This document shows positions 20,201 through 30,050 of a stretch of DNA of 64,000 nt, in pieces (within the stretch, counting starts at the first letter, position 1; every line of letters starts with the position of its first letter). The notes under the pieces were generated by a model. It was not told where the DNA came from. It ran no database searches and worked only from the letters and a program-made list of their open reading frames with translations. The position numbers were made by a program, and so were the translations under genes. Source of the stretch: a virus; the IMG/VR virus record IMGVR_UViG_3300037963_003542; one strand, 5' to 3'.

Positions 20201-23200
20201 ATGGCAAAAAAACTAGCACACAACTATTCATTCGATGCCTCAGAAAGGCAGGTCAGGATTGACGGTAATATTTCTCATGATAGACTTTTACTTATCACAA
20301 ATATTACTGATAATGTAAATATCTATAATTTTGCAGACCCTACACTCAAAGCTACTGCTATTGAGTATGATGAATTTACCGAGGAGACTGTTATTACTCT
20401 GGCTCATGATACGAACCAGATGTCTGATAGTGATACATTGCAAATCTTTTATGAAAAAGATTATATTGCAATGGAACCTTCGGAAACATATGTTGACCCT
20501 GTTTCCAAGTTCCGTGTATCAACACCAGAAAACCTGATTGATACTGACTTTGAATATGGTCCTCAGGCATCTAAGTGGGAAACTCTACAGCTGATTAACC
20601 AGATTCCTTCGTTCTTCTCCAGTACTTCTGACACCACGATTCAACTTATTGAGAGTGTTGAGTCCACTCAAGATAACGAACTTATCACTGTAAAGACTGG
20701 TTTCGAGCATGGTCTTGCTAGTGGTACTCCTATTACAGTAACTGGTCTTACGTCTATTACTGCAGAAGGTACTTATCTTATTCAGTCAGTACCTAATACT
20801 ACATCATTTACATACAAGGCAAGAGCCAGACAACTTAATTCAGCAAGATTAGAAGGTACATATACTTCTATTATTCCTGGTCAGTTCTTCCAAGGTTCTC
20901 AAATTACTGTTGATACCTCAGTTGGTATTACTAGTGATTATTTTGAAGTCGCTGTCACCGTTCTCAATACAATTGAAATCGATACTGGTTCTGTTGTAAG
21001 TGGTACTTGGGCTATCGGAAATTCTGTAAGTTCTGATGGTGGTGCTACAGGTATTCTTTCTAAGAGAGATGGGACAAAAATTTGGCTTAGAGATGTTGTA
21101 GGAACATTCTCCCCAGCAGATACTATTGTCATTACTGGTTCATCTGTCACATATACTGTCTCGTCAGCTGGTGGTGGTAAGAATGTATTCTTCCTCGATG
21201 ACGTACAGCAACCATCATATAATCTGAGAAAGAAGGCAATTTATGACTTCGATCTCTCAAGTGCGACTTTAACTGGTCATACATTTAAGTTCTCAGAAAC
21301 TGTAGATGGTATCTTCGGTCCTGACGGATATGCCGCTGGTGATCCTAATGATACTGGTGACGCAGGTACTGAGTACGTTACATTCGTCAAGATGACTGGA
21401 ACTCCTGGATCAGCAGGTGCTTATCTGAGAATTTATACTACAAATGCAACACCAGACTTGAATTACTATTGCAGTAATCACTCTGGAATGGGTGGCGCAT
21501 CTCCTTCCGTTTATGTTACAGACACTAAAGTTCTTCTGAGAACTGTTGCTGAGCATGGTTTTGCTGATGACACCAACTTCTACTTCGTTAACTCAATTTC
21601 ACCAAAAGCTCTTGATGTTGTTGATTCAGCAGCAACTGCTCCTGATGGAAGACCTTATGTTGATCATGTTGACAGTCTGAGTATCAGTGCATCTCCTGAT
21701 CAAGATGAAACAATTCCATATGATAACGAGTCTACCTATACTCTGAAATTCTCTGAATCCGCAGTTAATTATTCTGCAGACACAATTACATATGAGAATC
21801 ATGGTTTGCAAAATGGTTACGCACTACTTTATTATCCTGCACCTGGAGACACTCCAATTGGCGGTTTGAGTAGAATGTGTGTATATTATGCAGAAAGAAT
21901 TGATGCAAATAACTTCAAACTTCATGACTCTCAGAGAGTTAATATTCTGAAGAACCTTTCTGCTGGTGGAACATGGACTTTTGGTAACCACAACTTAGGT
22001 CTTTGCTACAATACTCGTAGAGAGTATAAGAGTTGGGGTGATGAGTACATGTACTACTACACCTACTACTGGTCTAACCGTGGAACTTACTCGGGACATG
22101 ATTTCTCAAGTAACACTGCTCCATATAATTCTACATATGGTCTCGGAAACCAAGCATGGGACTTTGTTGCAGCGTTCTCAATCAGAAGACCTGGATTTGG
22201 TAACAGTGGTCATAATAGATATACCAATAACTATGAGTGGACGCAGAGATTCGGCACCAACTGGCAAACCTATGGATATAACCTGCAGACGCTCCCAATG
22301 GGAACAACTGCAATTTATCAAGGCGACTATGACTTCATCACCGACAACTACAATCATGGCGTAAACGGTGATAACACTGGTGGTTATAGCTATGGTTATA
22401 CCTATGGTGGTTATAACAGAGTTAATGGTAGAAGTTACTGGACCAGCACCATCTGGGGCGACAACATGAACTCAGATCGCCTGAGAATCTACGGTAATGA
22501 CTATTCATACTGGAGATATCAAGGTGACGCCGATGGATGGTGGGCAAGTAGAAGTGGATACCGTGATACTAATGACAGATATCATGGTGGTGTTAGTGAG
22601 GATGGTCGTACTAACATGTACTTTATGCTTTGTAAGCGTAATACAAGTACTAACGACTCGTTCTATGTTGAAGGTGGACACAGATTTAGTACTAATGACT
22701 TCGTAACACTGACAGTTAACTCTGGTCAAGGTATTCGCTATTATACAAATAGAACCACTGGAGTAAGTACCTATAACACTGGATCTCAATTCTATATTGA
22801 AGTTGTTGATGAGAACAGATTCAGACTTAAGACAAGCACTGGTTCATCTCCTGTAAGAATTGCTGCTGCTAATGGTGATTATTCTTTTGATGGTGTTGTA
22901 ACTAACATCTTCAAGAACTCCTTCTATATTACCAACAACCAATTCTCTAACGGCGAATTGATTCTGGTAACAGAAGATGTTGGTGCTTCTCTGCCTCCTG
23001 AAATTGCCAATAACGGTTCATACTACTTCCGCGCTATTGACGGTAATAGATTCCAGCTTCTTACGAATGCTACTGACAGCAATGAGATTGATCTCTCAAC
23101 TGGCGGTACTGGTTTGGTTACGTTTGAAAACGCTTCTGCATCCTTCGGTGCGGTTGACGGTTCATATACTACAACTAGAGCAATTGACGAGTTCACTCTT

Positions 23201-25948
23201 GAAATTACCCTACCATTCAAGATCTCTCCTGGTAAGAAACCATTTGATGCTGCCAATGATGTTGATGTTTCTAATGATCTGATTACTATTCCTAACCACT
23301 TCTTCTCAGCTGGTACTCGCGTAATTTATGATGCGAATGGCAATGCCGATGTTGGTGGTCTGACAACTAACACTGACTACTATATCATTGTTAAAGATAA
23401 TAATGATGTTCAACTTGCTGCATCGCTTGCCGATGCTGTTGCTGCAGTCCCAACTCCTATCACAATCTCAGGAACCTCAACTGGTACGCACAGATTGATT
23501 ACTGCTAACCTGTCTGGTCTTGTTACTGGTGCAGGTACAGTTGCTTGTACTAACCAGTCCAGAAAAATCATTGGTACTGATACTCAGTTCAAGCGTTACT
23601 TCAAGATTGGTGATGTTGTCACTCTTATTGACACAACTACATCACCAACTGGTACACTCCATGAGCGCAGAATTACTGCAATTAAGGATGACCAAGAAAT
23701 GCTGGTTAACGAGGAAGTTACATTTACTGACTCTAACGCTAAGTACTTCATTCCTACCTTCATCTATGTACGTCCTGATGGATACTTCCTCCACAGACCA
23801 TTTGATGGTGGTATGGAAATTGGTACTTCCAAGTCTCCTGACGGTCTCATCTGTCGTCAAACTCGTAAGTACTTCCGTTATCAGTCAGGTAAAGGTATCC
23901 AGACCTCATTCGCTATCAACTTCATTCCACAGAACCAGATTGTTCTACTTTCCTACACCCCACAAGGTACTCCAGGAACTTATACATTCAGTGGTACTGC
24001 TGGAGAATTTGAAGCAACTGTTAGTGAAGGAACTGCCAACCTCGCAGCTGGCATGGAAGTCGTATCAGGAACTGGTCTTGCATCAACCTGTGTGATCAAC
24101 ACAATTATTGATGCTAATACAGTAGAATTGTCTTCTGCTCTGACACAGACAATTACGAATGAATCAGTTGTATTGGATGTTGCTAAGTATTCTACAATCA
24201 AGGCTCAAAGACCTCATAACGTTGAAGTCGGAACAATCATTACTATTACTCAATCTGACGTTGAGCAATATAATGGAGACTTCGCTGTTTCTGAGATCAT
24301 TAATGACTTTGAGTTCAGAATCCAAGTTAAGGATCTTCCTAACAACGTTTCTGCATCTGGTGGATTCCCACAATTCGGTGTTAAGAACTGGATTAACTCT
24401 GCTGTTCGTGCTGGTATGTTCGACTTCCAGAACGGATTCTTCTTCGAGTATGATGGCGACACTCTGAATTGTGTAAGAAGATCTTCAGTCCAACAGTTAA
24501 CTGGTACTCTCTCAGTAACACTGAATAGTTCAGTGGTTGAAGGTACTGAAACTCTGTTTACATCACAACTTGCAGAAGGCGATAACATTGTTATTCGTGG
24601 TATGACACATAGAGTTGTCAAGATCAGAAACAACAATGAATTGGTTATGCAACCTGCATATCGTGGTGTTACTAACACTAACGTTATCGGTACTAAGACT
24701 GTTGATGTTAGAACAGGTCAGGCAAACTGGAACATTGATAAGTGTGATGGTAATGGAGTCTCAGGATTCGTCCTTGACATCAACAGAATCCAGATGTGCT
24801 ACATGGATTACTCCTGGTACGGTGCTGGTAAGATCCGTTATGGATTCAAGGATCAGAACGGTCACGTCAAGTACGTCCACGAATACAAGCACAACAACCG
24901 CTTACGCGAATCGTACTTCCGTTCAGGTAACCTGCCTGCTCGTTACGAAATTGAAAACACTGGTTCACCTAACTTCGTACCATCGCTGTTCCACTGGGGT
25001 ACTTCAGTCATTATGGACGGTATGTTCCAGGATGACGAAGCGTACTTGTTCACGGCGTCAGGTAACGTCCTTAAGTTTACCAACGCTTCTACGCAGACTT
25101 CAACTTCCAACGGAAATGCAATTGTTATTGAGTCTAGAATTTCCTGGTGGAACTCAATCTACTTCATCAGAATTCCATTCAACACTAGCGAAACATCCAA
25201 ACTGACAGTTAACACGCAAATCTATAACAATAGCGTTGCTAATAACTACTTTGCTGAAGGTCGTATCATTGACTCCAGATCTAGTACATCTGGTTCCACA
25301 TATTATGTTTGGATTCAGTACCTTAGCAATGCACAGAGTGTCTTCCCCAGAAGATATTCTTCACAGGTTGCTTCTGCTCTTGGTGGATCTTCAAACAACG
25401 TATTCGGAAGCACTACATTCAACGCTGGTGCGCCTGCTGGATCTGATAACAAGATTCCTGATTACATGCCTCTGGTTTCTATTAGACTTGCACCTTCGGT
25501 TGACTCCTCTATCACTGGTGCTCTGGGTCAAAGAGAAATCATCAACCGAATGCAGTTGGCACTTGAATCAGTTGGTGTACAGTTGACGCACGACTCTGAG
25601 GTTACACTGATTCTGAATGCTGAACTGAGTACTGACCTTTACGAAGATGTATCCTCACCTTCACTCTGTCAGCTGGTTAAGCACACTGCTAATGAAACCA
25701 TCTCGGGCGGTCAGAGAATTCTCTCCTTCCGCGCAACTGGTGGAGATAACTTCAGTTCCCAGACTACTGACTATGACTTGAGCGAGATCTCCTCACTGGG
25801 TAACTCAATTCTTGGTGGTGATGGTGTCTATCCTAACGGACCTGACCTTCTCACAATTATCGCAGAAGTTATTGACTCCTCTGGTGTCAGCACCAGCACT
25901 CCTTATTCCGCTTCTGCTAGAATTACCTGGAAGGAATCTCAGGCATAA
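20201..25948 (+). CDS. Large modular virion/tail protein
   Basis: 1915 aa; MAKKL start; RVSTPENLIDTDFEYG and RQTRKYFRYQSGKG blocks; about seven HGx/HxF-type beta repeats; cupredoxin-like module; aromatic-rich insert. Confidence 0.85.
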   Translation: MAKKLAHNYSFDASERQVRIDGNISHDRLLLITNITDNVNIYNFADPTLKATAIEYDEFTEETVITLAHDTNQMSDSDTLQIFYEKDYIAMEPSETYVDPVSKFRVSTPENLIDTDFEYGPQASKWETLQLINQIPSFFSSTSDTTIQLIESVESTQDNELITVKTGFEHGLASGTPITVTGLTSITAEGTYLIQSVPNTTSFTYKARARQLNSARLEGTYTSIIPGQFFQGSQITVDTSVGITSDYFEVAVTVLNTIEIDTGSVVSGTWAIGNSVSSDGGATGILSKRDGTKIWLRDVVGTFSPADTIVITGSSVTYTVSSAGGGKNVFFLDDVQQPSYNLRKKAIYDFDLSSATLTGHTFKFSETVDGIFGPDGYAAGDPNDTGDAGTEYVTFVKMTGTPGSAGAYLRIYTTNATPDLNYYCSNHSGMGGASPSVYVTDTKVLLRTVAEHGFADDTNFYFVNSISPKALDVVDSAATAPDGRPYVDHVDSLSISASPDQDETIPYDNESTYTLKFSESAVNYSADTITYENHGLQNGYALLYYPAPGDTPIGGLSRMCVYYAERIDANNFKLHDSQRVNILKNLSAGGTWTFGNHNLGLCYNTRREYKSWGDEYMYYYTYYWSNRGTYSGHDFSSNTAPYNSTYGLGNQAWDFVAAFSIRRPGFGNSGHNRYTNNYEWTQRFGTNWQTYGYNLQTLPMGTTAIYQGDYDFITDNYNHGVNGDNTGGYSYGYTYGGYNRVNGRSYWTSTIWGDNMNSDRLRIYGNDYSYWRYQGDADGWWASRSGYRDTNDRYHGGVSEDGRTNMYFMLCKRNTSTNDSFYVEGGHRFSTNDFVTLTVNSGQGIRYYTNRTTGVSTYNTGSQFYIEVVDENRFRLKTSTGSSPVRIAAANGDYSFDGVVTNIFKNSFYITNNQFSNGELILVTEDVGASLPPEIANNGSYYFRAIDGNRFQLLTNATDSNEIDLSTGGTGLVTFENASASFGAVDGSYTTTRAIDEFTLEITLPFKISPGKKPFDAANDVDVSNDLITIPNHFFSAGTRVIYDANGNADVGGLTTNTDYYIIVKDNNDVQLAASLADAVAAVPTPITISGTSTGTHRLITANLSGLVTGAGTVACTNQSRKIIGTDTQFKRYFKIGDVVTLIDTTTSPTGTLHERRITAIKDDQEMLVNEEVTFTDSNAKYFIPTFIYVRPDGYFLHRPFDGGMEIGTSKSPDGLICRQTRKYFRYQSGKGIQTSFAINFIPQNQIVLLSYTPQGTPGTYTFSGTAGEFEATVSEGTANLAAGMEVVSGTGLASTCVINTIIDANTVELSSALTQTITNESVVLDVAKYSTIKAQRPHNVEVGTIITITQSDVEQYNGDFAVSEIINDFEFRIQVKDLPNNVSASGGFPQFGVKNWINSAVRAGMFDFQNGFFFEYDGDTLNCVRRSSVQQLTGTLSVTLNSSVVEGTETLFTSQLAEGDNIVIRGMTHRVVKIRNNNELVMQPAYRGVTNTNVIGTKTVDVRTGQANWNIDKCDGNGVSGFVLDINRIQMCYMDYSWYGAGKIRYGFKDQNGHVKYVHEYKHNNRLRESYFRSGNLPARYEIENTGSPNFVPSLFHWGTSVIMDGMFQDDEAYLFTASGNVLKFTNASTQTSTSNGNAIVIESRISWWNSIYFIRIPFNTSETSKLTVNTQIYNNSVANNYFAEGRIIDSRSSTSGSTYYVWIQYLSNAQSVFPRRYSSQVASALGGSSNNVFGSTTFNAGAPAGSDNKIPDYMPLVSIRLAPSVDSSITGALGQREIINRMQLALESVGVQLTHDSEVTLILNAELSTDLYEDVSSPSLCQLVKHTANETISGGQRILSFRATGGDNFSSQTTDYDLSEISSLGNSILGGDGVYPNGPDLLTIIAEVIDSSGVSTSTPYSASARITWKESQA

Positions 25949-25950
25949 TT

Positions 25951-25958
25951 TATAAATA
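25951..25958 (+). promoter_or_regulatory. T4-type late promoter
   Basis: TATAAATA. Confidence 0.75.
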
Positions 25959-25981
25959 CTAACACGGAGTTAAAACAACAA

Positions 25982-26305
25982 ATGGAAGTATCTGCTAAAA
26001 TTAACATTAACCCCTATTTGGGGTCCAGAGGTTCTAAAGGAAGAACAATGAATGTCACCGAAGAGCAGTTTGCAACTGCTCTTGCGGCTTGTAACTGGGA
26101 ATGGCATGACATCACTGATGATGCTACTGACGAACAACTTGCTGCATATGAAACTGCTAAAGCTTCATATGAGTTAGTTGCTAGTATGTACGATGCACTT
26201 CTTGCTAAGTATAGCAAGGACAAAAAAGCGAGAAAAAAAGTTCATCTTCAGTATAATGCTGCTGCTCCAGACATGTACAAGAAAGAACCTGAACAAATGT
26301 GGTGA
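25982..26305 (+). CDS. Hypothetical late protein
   Basis: 107 aa; SD GGAG; own late promoter and terminator. Confidence 0.75.
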   Translation: MEVSAKININPYLGSRGSKGRTMNVTEEQFATALAACNWEWHDITDDATDEQLAAYETAKASYELVASMYDALLAKYSKDKKARKKVHLQYNAAAPDMYKKEPEQMW

Positions 26306-26317
26306 TTAATTTATCAC

Positions 26318-26349
26318 AAAAAAAAGACCGCCCTTCGGGGCGGTTTTTT
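26318..26349. terminator. Bidirectional intrinsic terminator
   Basis: A-run, ACCGCCC-TTCG-GGGCGGT, T-run, between convergent genes; cUUCGg tetraloop. Confidence 0.9.
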
Positions 26350-26354
26350 AATGC

Positions 26355-27155
26355 TTAGCGAAGAACAGCAACTAAAGAATATCTAATTGTATTCGGAACA
26401 TCTGATCTAAAATACACACTATGCCAATACTTTCCTTTATATAAAGAAACTGAATTAAAATCTGCTGAGATTTTATGATATTGAGCGAAGTCTTTATCAC
26501 CACTATAATATGGCCAAGGAGTTACATCTGAAGAATTTTCAACATAAGAATCTAATGAAGATTTATATTTTAACACATCATTAGAATTTCCAGATCTGAA
26601 CAACTCTTCATTGGTGTAGTACTCTTTTTCATCTCCAATAAATTTATAAAAGGAGGTTCCAGTATCTTCAACGTCTGTTAGATATATATTTCCAGCATAT
26701 TTAAATTGGTCTAAATGCGGTCTATAATTTAACCTATAGGATTTCATTCCAGAATAAATGCAGTTGGTATAGAATTCCCACAATGGAGGAGACCAACCAT
26801 AATGAACTAATTTATTTTTCTCCATAATATTATGGAGACTTTTGGAAATTGATTTAAACCAGAAAGCATTCATTACTTGCTGAAATCCTGGAGATTTACT
26901 TCCTCTAACATTTTCCCCACCATTCACTAAAGTTTTCATTAGGTCTTCGGCAGGAAAATTAATAAGAAAATTCCTAAGATCAACAGGATTCTTAAGAAAA
27001 TTTCTTATTTTCAGATATTCCAGTTTCTCTACCTTACATACTTCTATATCGCAATCAGGATTGACTTGAGTAATTTCTTCAATTTCTTGATATGAACATC
27101 TATAAAATTGATCCAAAGAAATATTATTCTTCGGATCAATTACATTATCACTCAT
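26355..27155 (-). CDS. 2OG-Fe(II) oxygenase-like protein (DUF6445-like)
   Basis: 266 aa; PHLD...AGNIYL...GTSFY...FNSVSLYKGKYWHS...RYS fits HxD...H...R of the double-stranded beta-helix fold. Confidence 0.7.
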   Translation of the reverse strand: MSDNVIDPKNNISLDQFYRCSYQEIEEITQVNPDCDIEVCKVEKLEYLKIRNFLKNPVDLRNFLINFPAEDLMKTLVNGGENVRGSKSPGFQQVMNAFWFKSISKSLHNIMEKNKLVHYGWSPPLWEFYTNCIYSGMKSYRLNYRPHLDQFKYAGNIYLTDVEDTGTSFYKFIGDEKEYYTNEELFRSGNSNDVLKYKSSLDSYVENSSDVTPWPYYSGDKDFAQYHKISADFNSVSLYKGKYWHSVYFRSDVPNTIRYSLVAVLR

Positions 27156-27993
27156 AATCTTGATCTTCTGCTGGGGTATAACTACATGCTAAAGAGTATC
27201 TGAGATTCTTTTCTGTTGATGCATCATAATCTGCATTATGCCAGAAAGCTCCTTTATATGCTGTGAGTGTATTAAATTTAAATGGAGCGGTATGATATCT
27301 CTCAAAAACATGATGATTGTCAGGAATAGAAATATAAGTTTCTGGAGACAGATCATCAACTTGTTGAAGTGAATTCAATAATTTACTCAACTCTACTCTG
27401 TCCTCAAGTTCAGTAACCTCAGATAAAGAAACCACTGATGGATATTTCTCATCTTTGAACTTGAGATTATAAAATGACGTACCACCGCCAATTTCTTCTT
27501 CACTAAGATATACATTAAATCCAAACATAGATTGATCAAATCTAGGCATAAAATTATTATGCCAATTCTTCATGTTTGGTCTAAAAATATTTGTATAATA
27601 TGAGAATTGAGCAAGTTGATTGCTCAAACCATTCATATCTTGTGCAGCCCAATAATCTTTTTCAACAAAATCATAATCTACAAGAAGTTTATATAAAATA
27701 AATGACACTCCTTCCAGATAGGAATTTGGAATGATTTGCTGCTCTCCAGGAGGTTTAATCATAAATTGATTGGGATCTTCAGATTGCTGAAGTTCTTCAA
27801 AAAATCTATCTTTATTCTGTACTGGAAATTTTTTTAATGCCTCTATAACTGCATCGGGATCACTAAAGAAATCATGAACAGTGATAATAGTTAGATCATC
27901 AATAACTTGCTTTTCGACCTCAAAATTTTTGTTGATTTCAAATGCGTACTTAAAATCAACCTGACTAAACTCATCATATTTTACATTAATCAT
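27148..27993 (-). CDS. 2OG-Fe(II) oxygenase-like paralog (DUF6445-like) with HxD changed to RxD
   Basis: 281 aa; PRFD...FNVYL...GGTSFY...FNTLTAYKGAFWHN...RYS aligns with the adjacent paralog. Confidence 0.65.
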   Translation of the reverse strand: MINVKYDEFSQVDFKYAFEINKNFEVEKQVIDDLTIITVHDFFSDPDAVIEALKKFPVQNKDRFFEELQQSEDPNQFMIKPPGEQQIIPNSYLEGVSFILYKLLVDYDFVEKDYWAAQDMNGLSNQLAQFSYYTNIFRPNMKNWHNNFMPRFDQSMFGFNVYLSEEEIGGGTSFYNLKFKDEKYPSVVSLSEVTELEDRVELSKLLNSLQQVDDLSPETYISIPDNHHVFERYHTAPFKFNTLTAYKGAFWHNADYDASTEKNLRYSLACSYTPAEDQDYE

Positions 27994-28430
27994 GCTTCAA
28001 TCTCCTCCTCTCTTCCTTGTCCGTCCAGCGCAGATGCATCAATACCTTGAGTAACAACAGTCTTATCAGTATTTACTGTTACTCTATTCGTATGTTGCTC
28101 TAGATAATGCTGAACGATTGTACTGTATGCTTCAGTAACTACTTTGTGAGGATCGTAAATACAATCAATGAAGTCATACTGCAAATCAAATTCTCTCGTC
28201 GATGCTAGAGGACACCAAGATCTGAATGCATATGATGCTGGAGTTTCATCTCCACCACCAACTTCAGTATTATTTTCAGTCAAAGTAAGTTTTTCTTCAA
28301 ATTTATAATCAACAACATAAGGGTGTTCGATTCTATATCCCAATGCTTTATTTTGTCCCTGATCAATAACTTCTCTTACGTCAGCAATAACAGTTTCTCC
28401 TGTACGAAGGAGACAGACTTTGATACTCAT
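27990..28430 (-). CDS. Sm-like small protein (paralog of 58852..59214)
   Basis: 146 aa from ATG at 28430 with SD GGAG; IKVCLLRTGETVIADVRE...HP...WCP...DP pattern. The ORF-track start at 28481 lies inside the promoter. Confidence 0.72.
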   Translation of the reverse strand: MSIKVCLLRTGETVIADVREVIDQGQNKALGYRIEHPYVVDYKFEEKLTLTENNTEVGGGDETPASYAFRSWCPLASTREFDLQYDFIDCIYDPHKVVTEAYSTIVQHYLEQHTNRVTVNTDKTVVTQGIDASALDGQGREEEIEA

Positions 28431-28452
28431 GAAAAACTCCAGATTTGAATAA

Positions 28453-28481
28453 ATTATAGTACGGTTTGCAGTACTCGTCAA
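28453..28481 (-). promoter_or_regulatory. sigma70-type early promoter of the minus-strand island operon
   Basis: On the minus strand: TTGACG, 17 nt, TATAAT. Confidence 0.8.
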
Positions 28482-28551
28482 GCTATTCTCCGCTTTTTCG
28501 GAGTACTCATGGTAATATATATAATATTAGTCAAGGTAATTTTTTTAGAAT

Positions 28552-28902
28552 ATGGCTCTGATATCCGAACTGCCAATTTTTCAAGTTGCACAAGAAGCAG
28601 AAGAAAAGCATGGCGTAGATACTCATATGGTGATTGAAGTGGTTTTAAAACCTTATGTCGCAGAAGCTCTTGAGGGCGACGATGAGGATTATGATCCATC
28701 GTATGTTGGAGAGGATGATGTTTATTGGTGGGTCGAATTTGAAAATGAGATCAAAGTGTTTGATTCATTTGCTGTCGTCAAAGATTATCTTTTGAACAAA
28801 GCAGTTAAAACTGGAGATGGTCCTACTGTGGAGTTCCGTGACGAAGATCTCAATGGAGAAGAACTTAGTTATGAGGGATTAATTAATGGCAACGTTGATT
28901 GA
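28552..28902 (+). CDS. Acidic hypothetical protein
   Basis: 116 aa, D/E-rich; overlaps the next start by 17 nt. Confidence 0.7.
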   Translation: MALISELPIFQVAQEAEEKHGVDTHMVIEVVLKPYVAEALEGDDEDYDPSYVGEDDVYWWVEFENEIKVFDSFAVVKDYLLNKAVKTGDGPTVEFRDEDLNGEELSYEGLINGNVD

Positions 28903-29479
28903 ACTTTTTCCTAAGTCTGTATATGTACAAGATAATGTTTGTGCTGATCACCTAGAAGATTTAAAATCTGCTGTATACGATCTCAAAAATAAAACAATAA
29001 GATCTCCTCTGCTTAATGTAGATACCTCACACTCTAGGATTAAAGATCTCCAAACTAAAAAACCTTTTGATATTCTATCAAAAGAAATTCTAACTCATGT
29101 TAGATCTTATATGAAAGAGTATGGGTATAGAAAAACTAAAAATGCTTACATTGAAAATTTTTGGTTTAATGTAAGCGGTCAATCAGACTATCTGTTTCCA
29201 CATATACATTATGGATCATTCCTTTCTGGAGCATTCTATATAAAAACTCAACCAGAAAATATGATTCTATTTCATGATGAAAATAAAAATTACTATGAAG
29301 ATCCAGAAGTTCTAACAAAATTTAGTGAGACCATACACCCACTTCAATGTAAAAATGGAAGACTGATTATATTCTCAAGTGACTTCCATCACTCAACTCC
29401 TCCTCAACAATCAAAGGGAGATAAAATTGTAATATCATTTAACATATCATTGGAGAGAAAAAATTATGGCACGAACTAA
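28886..29479 (+). CDS. Putative 2OG-Fe(II) oxygenase (TIGR02466-like)
   Basis: 197 aa; WFNV...PHIH...LSGAFYI...LIIFSS...HST...KIVISFNI. Confidence 0.82.
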   Translation: MATLIELFPKSVYVQDNVCADHLEDLKSAVYDLKNKTIRSPLLNVDTSHSRIKDLQTKKPFDILSKEILTHVRSYMKEYGYRKTKNAYIENFWFNVSGQSDYLFPHIHYGSFLSGAFYIKTQPENMILFHDENKNYYEDPEVLTKFSETIHPLQCKNGRLIIFSSDFHHSTPPQQSKGDKIVISFNISLERKNYGTN

Positions 29480-30050
29480 TTACACGATTGGAATTTTTGA
29501 TTTACCAATAAAAGTATTGCCAGTTTTTTCTTGGGACAGGAAGAAAGAAGAAATCCTAGCACTCAAAACTGATAATCTAAAAAAAGTAAAGCACGAAAAT
29601 ATCATAACAGATTTTAGGCACAGTTCTAAAAAATCACATAACTATTCAAAAAAACTCGAAGAAATTTTCTATGATGAACTGCAGTTAATTTATAGAGAAT
29701 TTAACTTAAAAGATTATTTTATAAGAAATTCTTGGATGGAAGTTGCAGAGAAAACCATGAATCATGCTGTACATAATCATGGTGCCATTGGTTTTAGTGC
29801 AGTTGTATTCGTAGACTTTGATCCTAAGGTACACACTCCAACTCAGTTCATATCACCATATGGAGATTGGGAGACTGGAACAACAAAAACATTTGTACCT
29901 AGAGGAATTGAAGAAGGATCTTTATTAGTGTTTCCATCTATGTTGAATCACTACACAGACCCAAATAATAGTGATATCCCTAGAACTATACTATCATTCA
30001 ATATCAATAGAAAAGCAGAGTCAATGTATCCTTCGGAGTACGAATCATGA
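29466..30050 (+). CDS. Putative 2OG-Fe(II) oxygenase (TIGR02466-like)
   Basis: 194 aa; SW...HAVHNHG...FSAVVFV...EGSLLVFPSMLNHY...RTILSFNI. Confidence 0.82.
   Translation: MARTNYTIGIFDLPIKVLPVFSWDRKKEEILALKTDNLKKVKHENIITDFRHSSKKSHNYSKKLEEIFYDELQLIYREFNLKDYFIRNSWMEVAEKTMNHAVHNHGAIGFSAVVFVDFDPKVHTPTQFISPYGDWETGTTKTFVPRGIEEGSLLVFPSMLNHYTDPNNSDIPRTILSFNINRKAESMYPSEYES

Noticed and set aside
19971-25948. Possible diversity-generating retroelement suggested by the Mtd_N-like domain
   Set aside because: No reverse transcriptase in the window and no repeat pair differing only at adenines; the repeats in the 2051-aa gene differ mainly at synonymous sites.
28478-28510. Minus-strand micro-ORF MSTPKKRRIA and nearby AGTAC(T) half-sites at 28458, 28470 and 28501
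   Set aside because: Only 10 codons with no SD; short palindromes are expected by chance in AT-rich promoter DNA; needs Ribo-seq or conservation data.
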